A stretch of 59,761 nucleotides of DNA, the filler included, from Basidioascus undulatus (lineage: Eukaryota): NCBI GenBank assembly GCA_000826855.1. It is 4 parts of 4 records of this genome, joined end to end, with 100 filler letters (N's around TTAATTAATTAA, not from the genome) between each part and the next. Parts side by side here need not be neighbours in the genome. Positions count along the whole stretch, not along the records: positions 14,978 to 29,852 come from JTLS01000686.1; positions 29,953 to 44,810 come from JTLS01000687.1; 2 more parts are not named here. The stretch is one strand, 5' to 3'. The first letter of the stretch is position 1, and each line of letters opens with the position of its first letter. The notes below the pieces were generated by a model. That model had not been told where the DNA came from, did not search any database, and saw only the letters and a program-made list of their open reading frames with translations. A program made the translations under genes and the position numbers. Positions 24,998 to 37,708 of this stretch are shown one piece after another.

Positions 24998-25520
24998 ATG
25001 CCCAACCTCTCCGCCGTAGTCCTCATCTCCGGCATCAACGGTTTCATTGCCTCCGAGATGGCAGAGACCTTCCTCCCGCTACACCGTCCGCAGCACGGTC
25101 CGCTCGCAGTCCAAGGCGGACGCGTGGCAGACGCTCTTCCCGGAGTACTCGAGCCAGCTCCAGTTCGCGCTCGTGACGACTTCACCAAGGATGGGGCGTT
25201 CGGTAGAGGGCGTCGACTACTTTGTCCACGCTGCGTCGCCGCTGGGCAGTCTCGATGTGAGCAAGCTGCGTCACCCGCCCCCACAGGTTACTTTGTATCT
25301 GAAGCAGCAGGGAACATTTAACTGACAAGGTGCTTCTGAACTACAGGAGAACAAGCAGGACGTCCTTGTCCCGGCGCTCATGGGAACGCCCGTGGCCGTC
25401 CGCGCTGCCGCCAAGGAGCCTCGCGTCAAAAAGCTCGTGATTCTTTCGTGAGTCTACCCCGTATGGATCTCTGACAGCTTTCAGTCTCATGTTGGTCCTT
25501 CAGGTCGATGGCGGCCGTTG
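24998..25520 (+). pseudogene. NADPH-dependent aldehyde reductase (Gre2/Ari1-like extended SDR) pseudogene
   Basis: VLISGINGFIAS, YTVRSTVRS, VDYFVHAASP, VLVPALMGT...AAAKEPRVKKLVILSSMAAV; frameshifts near 25075 and 25175-25200; C-terminal half with YxxxK not found. Confidence 0.8.
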
Positions 25521-25852
25521 TCGCCCCCTGCACAAGACTAAGAAGGCACCGGGCGACCTGTTGTCCGCATGCGACCGCATGCACAGACGCGACAGTACTG
25601 ACGCAACCAAGACGCGACCGCCGACCTCCATCCTGCCATTCAATGCCAATGGCGCATCCGGCATTCTACATCGGAACGGCGCAACATATTGGATCATAGC
25701 CAAAAGGCACATGTCATATGCGAAAGTACAGGGGGTGCTAACGGGAGTAAATGAGGCGTAAGAACTAATCATTCAAGCAAGCGAAGGTATCACGAAAACA
25801 AAAAACAGAAAGGAAGCGAAGAATGTCAGAGCAGCTCAATGAGCGCGAGCGC

Positions 25853-27178
25853 CTACTTGCGCGCGGCCTTCTTCTTGGGCGCGGCCTTCTTGGCCGCAGG
25901 CTGAAGAGGGGGACCGTCCGTCAGTCACGACGATGATAAAGGGAGCGGTGATGGGCCCACACACCTTCTTAGCAGCCGGCTTCGCCGCCGTCTTCTTGCC
26001 CGCCGCCGCCTTGGTCGTGGAAGAGGTGGCCTTCTTCACAGGAGCCTTCTTGGCCGGGGCCTTCTTCGCAGGAGCCTTGGGCGCGGCGGCCTATGGCGAG
26101 GATGAGGATGTCAGTAACGACGACGACGCGTTGGATGGGTACAACAGCGAGCACACATACCTTCTTCGCAGCGGGCTTGGCAGCAGCCTTCTTCGCAGGC
26201 GCGGGCTTCACAACCTGAAGGTCAAGGGGCGGGTCAGCAAAGCTGGTTGGCCGGGCGGACGCCGAACGTCAATGCACCTTCTCCTCCTGCTTAGCCTCAG
26301 TCGCGCGCTTGGGAGCAAGCTTGATCTTGCCAGAGATGCCTGTTCAAAAGAGCAAACTGAGAATGAGCAAGGCGAGCTCGATGCGAAGATTCGAGAACTT
26401 GTGGGCGCGTACCCTTCGGCAGGTTGAAGACGCCCTTCTCCTCGCCGCGCTTGATCGCCTGCGAGATCTGGGTGATGATCGGCTGCGACTCGGTGTCGAG
26501 CTTGTACTTGGTCGCGAGGTACCTGATACGCGGAAGAAACAAGAAAGTCGGCAAGCCGAAGAGCGGCGTGGATGCGACTCGTTCGGACAAGGGGTGACGT
26601 GACGCACTTCTTGATCTGGGGACGCGAAACACCGGTGCGGGCGTCGTCGGGGTTGGCAAGGATGGTCTCCCTGAGAGATAGAGGGGTAAAGCGTCAGATA
26701 CTGCATTGCTAAGAGCATACCGACTGAATGCAGAGTCGCGAGTCAAGATATAAGAGAACCGAGCGGGGAGGCGGTGTGGCGCCTCCCGCCGTCCCACGCG
26801 TCCACCGACCCAGGCGACAACAATCGCCGCCTCGCATCTGGGACACTGCGACCTTCGCTATGCGACGGAGATGCATCTGCGTCACGTGCGAATACGGGGA
26901 CAGTGGAAGAAAGAAGTGGTAACGCGTGCGGACGCGCGGCTGTATCCGCGAGGGTCATGGGGCCATCTGCGCCCGCCCGCGCCGCACCCCCGCCAACGAC
27001 GACCCCGCCCGCAACGTTCGCCACAGAGTCTAATGTCGCTCCAACGCGTGGATATTGTCGACAGAACCCCTTGGAGGCAAACTCACTTGATCATGTCGAC
27101 GTAAGACGGGTGGTCAGACGTCTTGCGGCTCGAGGCAGCCTTCTTGGTCGTCTTGGGGGCGGAGGTCTTGGAGGCCAT
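25853..27178 (-). CDS. HHO1: Linker histone H1
   Basis: Globular domain HPSYVDMIK|ETI...GVSRPQIKK|YLATKYK...AIKRGEEKGVFNLPKG|ISGKIKLA plus Lys/Ala/Pro-rich tail; TAG at 25853-25855. Confidence 0.95.
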
Positions 27179-28126
27179 TGTTGTCGGTGTTGTTGGGCGG
27201 GACGGGGCTGAAAGTGTCGATGGAGATGTCTGGGTGCTGGAAGCGTGGAGAGCAAAGACTCTTGTGGTCCTGTTGACGGAGGTGGGCGAGTGACTTTGGG
27301 CGGATAGTGATGGCGGAGAAAGAAGGGGATTCAGACGAGGCCGCGGACTGAGTGGGCTTTCAGGCGCAATCGCAGTCTCGCTCTCGCGCGCGACTTTCAT
27401 GACCCTGTCTGACCCTCCGCCCTTTCTCGACTGATCTCTCGTCTCTTTATTTTTTTCACCCCTTCTTGAGTTGGTGGTCCTGGAAGAATAGAGCTCAATA
27501 TTCCTAGACATGGTCGTAAGGACCCATAGAAGGCAAAAATGCGCCAGGGATCAAAGAGAACGTCCGCCCACCTGCGAGGCCTCGTCGCGTCGGCAGCGCG
27601 CGCTTGACTTCTTGTACACCTCTGCACTTTGCCCGTCTCCGCCCTCTGATCCAAGCTCTGCAGGTTTGATGTGGGCGGTGTTAGGTTCCTTTTTCATATC
27701 CAAAGGTGAAAGGGATGCCGGCTCAAGTTCTATGAGGACTGAAAGTACGATCTGCCTATAGTAGAGCTGAAGTTTTGCACGGCGCAATGCAGTGTTGATA
27801 GCATTTCCACGCATTTGACTGCGTTATCTCAGGCCGATTTCGCGTTCGTTCCTCCAAGCAAATTTGCTGCCCATGTCCGTTCCGGGTAATCCTCGTGCAC
27901 GAACTTGCTGATTTCCTCTTCCGAGGTATTTTGTTCCTTTCCCGGAGAGAGGAGTGCCGCTATCGGAACCCACTGTACCAAGATCTTGAGCACGGCGCAG
28001 ATTGGCCGGACCCTCTCGAACAACTTGCCCTTAACCCCCTGCCCGTTTTCGCAACAAACAGTCTTACGATACTATCTCTCCATCTACTTGACCAAATATC
28101 GTGCGTAGCACTTCGAACGCAGTCTC

Positions 28127-28230
28127 ATGACGCCCCCGTCGGCTACTATCGCATCTCTCTTTCGAGGCACGCTCGTGCACACCCCAATTCGCGGAGAGAT
28201 CGATATCCTCCCAGACCATCTCATCGGTAG
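28127..28230 (+). pseudogene. Isolated first-exon fragment resembling a guanine deaminase N-terminus
   Basis: FRGTLVHTPIRGEIDILPDHLIG resembles the start of fungal guanine deaminases; no PGFxDxHxH amidohydrolase motif follows before the convergent carrier gene. Confidence 0.5.
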
Positions 28231-28744
28231 CACCAGCTGTTCCAACACTTCATCTACGATAAAGCGCTCATTCAGGTTCGGTTTGCAGCGGTTGACTCAA
28301 CCGGGCGCATCTCGCATCTCGCGGTGTGGGTGCAGGGGAGGCGGCTGTATCCGTTCGCAAGCGCTGCTGGGGCAGCCCCTTGATGGACCACGTGATTTCT
28401 TGCATATATGTACCCCGCTGCTATCTCGCACGGGCAAGCGAGGCATCCTGCAGTCCGTGACGAGCGAGTGTCTATTATGCGTATGCAAGCGGAGAGATGC
28501 AAGTAGCGGTGTGTGGGTGGTGGGGGACGGGTATGTCGGCGCGTCAACAAGACAAGTCCCCAGCAATCCAGAACAAAAAGAACAACAACAAAAAGCGGGC
28601 GGGTAAGTGATATTCCCCTCGTTCATCCTCCTCTCCGATCGTGCCTCAGTGTCCCGCGTGTGGAGATCCGCAAATGTCCGCCCAGCTCCTTCTATGGTCC
28701 GGCCGCCATCCGACTCCGCTCGTACGCCCTCTCAATCATCGACG

Positions 28745-29852
28745 TCATGCTCTCGTAGATGGACCATACGCTGCCCGCCCGCCCAGCGCCGCCGTGATGA
28801 GCCAGAGCCCCGTGCGGTTAGTGGGAGAACGGGAGATGGGAACGTACAGGCCGTGCGTGAGCATGCTCCGGATCGCCGACACGCCCAGCCCGCGGTACAG
28901 GCGCGAGATGCCGACGAGCAGCGGCCGCGGCGGCTGGTTCGGATCGGATCCGCGCGCGAGGTGCACGAGGGTTTGGAACGCTGAGCGCTGAGGTAAGGAC
29001 GAGAGCATCCGTTGTTGTACTGGGCCACGGGCGCGAGGGTCAGGGCTCGAGAAAGCGACAGAGCAACGTATGGTGGGCGACATACCATTAGTCTTCACCA
29101 CATCCACCGGGTCTGTGAATGAGAATCAGTGAGCAGCCAGGCTCGTGCTTCCAAGATGTCACACCAACGCACAAACCAAGAACCCTGTCGGTTACGCCTC
29201 GACCGGTCAGCTGCAGCCCCTCCGGCGCAATATCGGAAGCGAAACGGAACGCACAAGATCCCAATCCAGCGAGACTGCCTCCCAAGAACGCCGCCACGCT
29301 CGGTGCAATGACCGGCCCTCCTTCCCGAATGGCGTGTCTTGACGCGATGAGCTTCATCGAGTCGTACAACCCAAAGTACAGCCCTGTCCCAAGCGTATCT
29401 CGAGCTGCATGGACCGCACCACCACCCCACCGTCCCAGATCAGCACTCGCCATCCCCGTCCATCCTCCCCGACTGAGTACGAGACGTACTGAAATGCAGC
29501 GGCAGGCCCGTATAGATCCCCCTGACCCCGCGGGTCTTCCAGATTTCCTTCCCCGCTGCGATCGTTCCCATCTCCCGGTAGGGCACGCCCTTGGTGCGCG
29601 CAATCTGGAACTCGAGCTGGCGCTTGATCTTGACGAGCTCGAACGGCGCGGACGCGACGGAGATGATCGCGCCCGAGGAGAAGCCGGCGAGCGCGCCGGA
29701 GAGCGCGACGTGCAGCCCGTTGTGCGGGGACAGCCCGAAGCGCGTGTGGAGGTAGTTCTTGGAGGAGGTGTAGATTGTGAAGGAGGTTGCTCGGCTGTGG
29801 AGGTGGGTGGTGGTGGTGTGGTGGTGGTGAGCGGCAGGGGGCCCGAGTAGGG
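28745..29852 (-). CDS. Mitochondrial carrier family (SLC25) protein, 5' partial
   Basis: Carrier signatures PFELVKIKRQ and PVDVVKT; GVRGIYTG, RLYRGLGVSAIRS. Confidence 0.9.
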
Positions 29853-29952
29853 NNNNNNNNNNNNNNNNNNNNNNNNNNNNNNNNNNNNNNNNNNNNTTAA
29901 TTAATTAANNNNNNNNNNNNNNNNNNNNNNNNNNNNNNNNNNNNNNNNNNNN
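29853..29952. other. Artificial contig spacer
   Basis: 44 N + TTAATTAATTAA + 44 N. Confidence 0.98.
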
Positions 29953-30249
29953 CTACGAGGGTAGCACTTCCACCACGGGTGCTCGGTCATGCGTACTCTT
30001 CCCCCTACCTCGGGACACGGCTCCGTCTCGCTCTCTGACGTGGAGGACCTGCTCGCCGACGAGCACGGTGTTCGGCTGGCGGTCCAGGGCGCAAGGGTCG
30101 TGGGGTTTGAGGACCTGGATGCGCAGGGGGCGGAGGTTGAGGGCGGGAGGGTGAAGGCGCTGGGTAGGTATGAGGTGAAGGTGCAGCTCGATGGGCAGGA
30201 GGAGCTCGTCCGCTTGAGGCTGGACGTTGTGGATGGGCAGAGCCAATGA
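29953..30249 (+). CDS. C-terminal part of probable mitochondrial ribosomal protein bL9m
   Basis: HGSVSLSDV...RVKALGRYEVKV resembles the L9 C-terminal domain (GSVt..DI...IK.lG.Y.V.V). Confidence 0.6.
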
Positions 30250-33200
30250 GCGGCGGTGAGGGGGAGGTAGAGGGGCTGAGGGGAAGCATGGATACTCGGC
30301 GGAGCGGTGCTTGCTGATTCGTCCCGACAGCTCTGTGCGTCCGAGAACTGACCTTCCGAAATCTTCGATCGCTCGTCGTGCCGTACCGTCTACTCGAATG
30401 CATCGCTCAGGTGCCTCTCGCTACCCCTCCGTGACGAGGGAATCGTCTGACTTGCAAGCTCGGGACCTCCGCTCTTCCTCTGACGGTCCAACGATGACTT
30501 CCCGAAGACGTACATTCGAAATCGTCGTCCGATCATCTTGTCCCTCTTTTTATTCGTGCCGTCCTCCGACGAGCATGCCAGACCATCGATTATGTCAATC
30601 AAGTGCCTTTCGCTCTCCCTGACTAACCCACGTCCCTTCCGGAGCATCAGAACACGTCTTACCCCCAGCAGGGCAGCTGTTAGCCGTTCGTGGGTTACGC
30701 AATCCTACACGACAGAGTCACAATAGCTTAGCTCTCCAACGAGTCTTGCCGCCTCGCCTCGCCAACTCTGGTCGACTCTTATGCTCGTCCAGTGCTATCT
30801 GCAAGACCTGCGCTCTGGCACTGCCTGGACGCATCAGTTGCCTATTTGGTAGAACTCGCTCATGATCGCCTCACAGCCGAGTTCTCGCAACCTATAGATG
30901 CCTCCCTTCGACGATACTGCGCGTCCTGCGGTCGAATCGCACACATTACTCCAAAGAGTTCTATGGGAAAAGGTCGCTTCACCGGCCTTTTCACACTCTC
31001 ATCCTTTCCGCTCCAGCCCACGCAGTACGTCGACAGGACGCTGCGCTCTTTCGCCTTCCCGTCTACTCGCACGCACGCTCGCCTTCCCGTAGCAGATGAT
31101 CACACTATAAATCCCAGCTCAAGCGCAGCTTGCCCGCCTTTCGTCACTTTCACTCTTTGTTCCTTCACCCTGCGAGACTCTTCAACCCCTCAAATCTCAA
31201 ACCCCGCCTGGCGGAGCATCTCCACTCTCCCTCTGGCGCATGGACGCCTCGTGGGAGACCTATCCCCTCCACCACGGAGGAAAAGAAAGAAATCATACCG
31301 CGAGGCAGTAGATCGGGTCGAGGTTGCACAGCCAGGCGGACGCTCACCTCCACCTCCCCCTCAAGCAGCCGTAACTCCTCCAGCTCCCCCACGCGCCTTC
31401 CCCACTTCCCCGGCGGTCCACCACCTCTCCCACCACAACTTGCACAGCTCGCCCTCCCAGAGCGCGAAGGCTTTATGCGAGAGGTCTAGGACGCGATTGC
31501 CCACCGGCACTTGCCATTTTTGCGCAGTGCGCGGTGGGTGGGCTGAGAAATGGTAAGAGAGTGGGTGGGGAACGAGGCGAGTGGGAGTGTTGGTAGACGG
31601 GGCGCACGGCGTGTATCGCTGAAGATCCTCACGGAAGCAAACTTCCATTGCGGGCGGAACAGCGGCGGCGCGGATGAGCAGTTGTGCAACATGCGAATGC
31701 GCAACACAACCCTCCGAAAAACTTCAAACTTCAACCGCGCCGGCTGAGCAGATGAAACCGTCTTTTTCCTCTTTTTATAAATTATCTCAGAGTGAATGTG
31801 CAGGTCTGAATGTTTTGTATCAAGGTGTGGACGTAAAGAGGGTCGCGCAGTCGGTGGTAGTTTTGCATAAGCGTTTCACAACCAGTTATCTTCAAAGACG
31901 ACACTGCTCTATTCTTACAAGTGTTTACAGCCCGAGTGGTGCCTTGGCGGTCGACGAAATGCAAAAACGAGGTGATTAGCCCAACCACGCGACACTTGCC
32001 GGTTGCGCTATTGCCCCGCGTCGTCGGACATTTGCTCTCGAGTGACCGTGACCCTCTCACGCTTGAATTAAGTTGAATCACAATGTTTTACAGGCGAGAA
32101 AGAGAGTTATCATGTGTAAAAGCCCACGGAGCACCGAAACAGCGAGTGGCTTCACGCGGAAGCCGGAAGCATAGTTTCACATTCTTTGTGCACTTGTATC
32201 GCTCAGACTCGCCTCCCCTGAATGAACCTTGGTTATCATCTTCTTATGTCACAACCCCCTCCTCCTTGACTATACTCTTGCCGCACTCACTCATACCTTT
32301 TACAAACTCCGCTAATCAGGGCCCTCTCGCAGTTCCTTCCATGAACGTGCTCCGCTGTAAGTTGTCTATACCCCACGATTCTGACTCGCGGGCTCCTGTA
32401 TTAGAAGACTCATGGGGCAGAAGTCTTCTTCTGGGCAAAGGAGCGGCTCGGAGGGTGCGTCGGGTGGAAGCCGAAGTCCAAGCCGATGACACTTGAATAT
32501 GTGAAGGTGAGCCCCGCGTGTGCTACGTCCATTTTGAGATAGCTTGCACTGCCTCCGGAGTCAATAAACAGCTCGTCTTTGAAATAATTGAGGAGGAGGG
32601 CCCCATGCGCGTGCAGGAGATTCGAACCTTTTCGAAGCTGGTACTGTCGCTCGCAATGTTTCATGGCCAGTCAACAGAGTGGACAGGGCTGAACTCAGTC
32701 ACATGTCCGCGCAAAAAGTTGTTCCCTGACCGCGCCTTCATGCGAGACCTCGTCGAATACAGGGCCGGACTCCAGTTCATCGCGTGCATGCTCAGAAGTC
32801 TGAAGCCCGTACGCCTGAACCTCTTCGCCATCGCTTGACCGTTCCGACGATACTAACAGGGGTCGGTTAAACTTGCAGGACTTCGAGGCGGGCGTGCCCA
32901 AGCACGCGGCTCCGCACTTCGTTCATAGCATGCAGGTCACTCTTGACGCTACATCAGTAACTACCGTTTGGACGAGACTTCGGTGAGTGCGACGGGGGCC
33001 CGGGGCTGGCTGGTTTGATTGAACACTAGATCGGCCCTCATCTCCGTGAATTGAAGGTTCGATAGCAGAGTTATGGATGGTTGGAGAAGGACAGGACCAA
33101 GAGGGCGGAAGCGAGAAGGAGCTCGAGCAGGAGAGAAGGCCTGAGCATTGAGCAGCTGGCTCAGCGACGCAATGAGGTGGTAACTTTAGTAGTCTGGCTT

Positions 33201-35668
33201 TCGTCCAGTTTAAGAGGGACTGGGCTGGGTCTATTAGCCATGCGCGTCAGGCGTTGTCGTCGAGGACTCTTTCCTCTGACGAGCGTCTGCCGCTGAAGAG
33301 TTTCCTGGGATCCGGAAGAGGGTCTGTAAGAAATAAGTTTCTTGTCAAGGTCAAATCAGACTCTCACAAGTGGACAGCGGGCCCGAACCACAGTGTCCTT
33401 CGACGGAAATTGATATCTCTTGAAGGAGTCGTCCTCGTCCACACAACCACAGCAAATGCAATTGAGCCCTTAGCTCAAGGCACTGGTATACTGTGTTTCC
33501 CTCATCAAGACTCCTGCTCAAATCGACAAGCTTCAGGCAGTCACTGCCTGACTCACCTCCTCGATTTTTTTGACCCTACCAGCCCTTCCGAACCACCCAC
33601 TCCTTCTTCAGACCCTCATCTTAACATTCTGCCTTCCCAATATATCAACAGAATGTTCGCCACATGCCTGCTCGGTTGCGCGTACTTTTCTCACTGTTTC
33701 AAGTGTGATTCTCGCAGCACTTATCGTTGTCACTCCCAGTTCCTAAGGCGCTGAAGGAGTGGCTGGGGGTGAACCCGAGGCGGGAGCCCATGAATCTTCA
33801 ACAAGCTCAGGTGAGTACCTTGTACCGGGATCAGTCAGCCTTCGGCCTTTCCGATTACGACTGCCCCGCAGCTCGTCTTCGACACCTTGAAGGAACACCG
33901 CAAGAGTTCGGTCTTGGTCATCGAGACAGGAGTGAGATATCCCCTGGCAGTACTATTTTGTCTCATCCCGCCTCTGAAAAGCAGAACAGTACAGACTGGA
34001 CATCGTCCTCACGCGGGACCTGGAGGAGCTCAGGGATGGCATGGCGTTCGTGGACGACATGCTCGCGAGTATCCAGCGGGTGAGCTTCTCCCTCGACCTT
34101 GGAGTACTAGCGAGGAGACATTTCGAAGGATCAGTCGGCTCAAGGTAAGGTGGGAACCAGGACCTGGACCTGGGCCTTCCAGAGCCAGGCTTGCGCTTCA
34201 TTGAGCGTGTCACAGTTGCATTCGACGCCTGGCCTGGAACTCTGAAGTGAGATAAAATAAAGAGAGCCTCTAGGCTCCGCATTACTCTCGTTAAAGCTCA
34301 TGTTATCCGTTCTCGCGTGGTTCGCTCAGATCCTGCCCCGTCTTGAGCGGTACAAGCTTGTGCAAGAACAACTCGCGAATGCGAGAACCGAAGTGGACCC
34401 CAAAGCGGTGTTCTCTGGATTATATAAATGTACGGATTTAGCCCGGATAAGGAGGAAATATTATCGAGTTTGGGTAAGGGGTGAGGTTGCGGCCGACGTT
34501 ATCTGGGATGTTGGCCAATGATCTGAGATAATCAATTTCCGAAGGTCTTTTACGCGGAAGTAGTCAGATACTTTTTACTATTTTTCAGCCTCCTTTTGAT
34601 TTTTGAATCACTTGCACATCAAGCAAACCTGCATGCTTCCCGGCGACTGAAGCGCTCGTTGAATCGGAGTTCCACCAGAGTAGGCAGCAAGTAAGAGTCA
34701 GCCGCAGCTGGAGTTCTGTCTAAGACCTCTAATCAAAATCCAATGGTGCGACGAGTGGTGAGTCGCAGCAGAGATGGTCGACGGCCGCACATAGAGAGCT
34801 GACGCCGTCGTAACCACAGGTTCAGCTGGTGTACTGAGCACAAGGTCCTCCATAGACGAATACGACCAGATCGACAAAGACATCACTCCTGTATATCTGC
34901 CTTTCCTTACCTTTTCCCGGCGTCCTGCTCAATCGCCCGGAATGCCTCAGCTTCTCGACCTCCCCTCCTCACTCCTCGCCTCTCGCGTCGCATCCCCTTC
35001 CAAGCTTCCCAGCATGTCCTACTCCATCTACATTCCGCCCAACGCCTCATTCTCGAACCTCCCGCTCCTTTCGGGAGATGACACCACGAGCGACCGCTCA
35101 TTCGCCCACCTGGACCTGCTCACCCCCATCACCCATCTCCTGCCCGAGATGACGATCTGGCTATTCAGGTCACGATGATCTTGCCAGGAAGATCGGCGAG
35201 AATGGCGCGCGGTTTGTACGGGAGCACTGGAGGTGCGACCCCGCTCTTCCCAACAGTCCCTCATCGGTAAGATTTTAGGCTGATTCTGGCCCATGCGAAG
35301 GTGGGAGGACCTGCAGGCATACAACCTCTTGTTGTTGTTGGAATACGCGAGAGTCTTGGGCGACGGGAAGGTGATGAGCTACTATCATTGATTTGGCTTC
35401 ATCTTTTTCTTCGGGATAATTACCTTACAAATTGACTTCAGCTTGGTCTCCAATCTTTATCGGAAAGCTCCTGACTGCGTAACAGCAAAAGTGAAGAAGT
35501 CGTTCGATATGGCGGGCCATGCATGCCGAGGAGAACGCCACGGGATTACAAACGAATAGTGAGAGAAACCAAAGAAGGAGGGGTGAACATGATACAAAGT
35601 CGTAAAGGAAGCGTCCCAACTAGGCGCATCTCGCAGACACCGTCAGGCCCTGCACGCACGCAAGCTCC

Positions 35669-37319
35669 TCAGCCTCGGCCTGCACCTTGCCGGGGAGTGG
35701 CGTCCTTCACGAGCGAGTGAACGGCGCCCTTGAGCGCGTCTATACCTGCCTGGTATATCTGGTGGTGGAAGACCAGGCGGCCGTTGTCGAAGACGCGGAC
35801 GTTGTGCTCGAGGAGACGCTGGCGCCACACCTGCGCCGGGAAGCCGGCCGCTTCGATGCCGAGGACGACCATGTTCGTCTCGCACGAGCACAGGAGGGGA
35901 AGGTCTAGCTCGCCAACGAAGTAGTCCGCGACCGCATTGGCTTTCGCATGGGTCTCAGTCATCGTCGGCAGGGCGTGGTCCAAGGCGGCCATGCCCGCAG
36001 CGGCGAGCATGCCCGGCTGCAGAGTTACCCAGACATGAGCTCGCCACTTTCGCTATCGGGTAAATGGTAAAATAGTACTGACCTGGCGTGCACCACCACC
36101 GAACATTTTGCGGTATCACTTTGCACGGTTGATGAATGCTGCGGTGAAATGGAGATGTCAGCATGCGACGGGCCTCTGGAAAGTAAGTGAAGCACCTTGC
36201 ACGCACCCTTGGTACCAACAATCACCGAACCCACGGGAGCTCCGACGCCATTCTGAACACAGAGAGAGATCGAGTCGAACTGGTCTCAGTATTCCTTGAT
36301 AGGCGCCCTCGGCGGCGACCGCATCGAACAGGCGAGCACCGTCGAGGTGTACGCCCGGGCGGTCGGGGTGGGCACGCGCCCACTCCGAGATTCCGCGAGC
36401 CGCCTCGAGCTGGATGAAGTTCATACAATTGTCAGTATAAGGCGCTCGTATCAGCTCAAGACCGGAGATGAACCGGAAGGATGGTGCCGATGAGAGTGTT
36501 CTAGAGGCAAATAAGCGTCGTAGGGGCGAAATGGATGTTGCCGTCGGCCACGAACTGCTTTGCGACGTCGTCCCTGAAAGTGGTTCCTTATAAGTCGGAT
36601 ATTCTTTCCACTCATTCAAAGAGAAAACAAAGGACGCACTTGGTCAAGAACTTCCCGTTCGAGGGCCTGACAGGAACGTCGTTGGATTGCGAGAGCATAC
36701 CGATCCCGCCAGATTCCTGTCCAGTAACAAAAGTGTTAGTGGAAGACAGAGAACAGATGAAAAGCGCTACCCAGTTGTAGACGTGCGCACGCTAATCGCA
36801 GAGGAAGGTGTGCGGAGGCTGCTTGAGGTGTGTCCGAATGCAGATTTGGTTGCCCTGTAGCCGTACATTCGCCCACTTAGACTGAAAAAACCACAATTCA
36901 TTTATGCAGAAAACAAGTCCCAGTCCATACCTGCGTTCCCGAGATGCACCACAAAGCAGCCTCCTTCCCAGTCATCTCCGCGAAACGACGCTCGATCGCC
37001 TCGACAGACGGGTCGCCTTTGTAAATGTCGTCGTTGAACGTGGCGTTCAGCATAGCCTTGATAATTGTTGGCGTGGGAACAGTGAAGACATCCGGCCGGA
37101 AGTCACTATGGAAAGGACAGCTTGTCTGTCAGTCGTTGTCGAATACGTCGGTGTGAGAAATGGGTATGTACCGAACTAGACGCTCGAGCTGCAGCCTTGC
37201 GGAGAGCATCGAGGGATACCATTGATCGTGCCATCATCTTTAATGGAAGACGCGACAAGGCCGTCCGTGATGGCGTTCACGGAGGACGTGGAAAGGTGAG
37301 TCACAGCGACGGGAGCCAT
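35669..37319 (-). pseudogene. Low-specificity threonine aldolase / fungal alanine racemase family pseudogene
   Basis: DFRPD, GKEAALWCISGTQGNQICIRTHLKQPPH, PSNGKFLT, VHLDGARLFDA, ETNMV, RLVFHHQI; in-frame TAG at 36792-36794 and 36501-36503, a TGA and frameshift near 36290-36305, and the PLP-lysine site reads QNG instead of SKG. Confidence 0.88.
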
Positions 37320-37708
37320 TGCGTGCAGGTAAGAGTGGATATGCGAGGGGCGTGAATCAAGGGGCGCGAATCAGTGAGGTTTGGGATCGAGAAAGAACAG
37401 CATCTGCAGTAAGTTTAAATATCACCAGAACAGCATCCGTAGGGCATTCGATAACGTGGCGAGTCGGCGCTGGCCGACGGCGGTGGACTACCTTCGGTGC
37501 CTTTGGCAAACGGCGAGTTGCAGTGGATCTTTCGCCGACGGCCAAATGATCGCACGGTGAACGCATACCGGTCACCTGTATCCTTGCGGGCCTCTTTGGT
37601 GGGCTTCATAATTGTGGATTAGAAAGAAAAGAAAGGAGCATTAGATGTTATCTGTTCTGCAATCTGCCGTAAGCTGAACATGCAGGCCACCTTCGCAGCG
37701 CAGCACAT

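Noticed and set aside
36501..36794. UAG reassignment or readthrough in the aldolase gene
   Set aside because: The two TAGs replace different expected residues and co-occur with a TGA, frameshifts and loss of the catalytic lysine; TAG ends other genes normally
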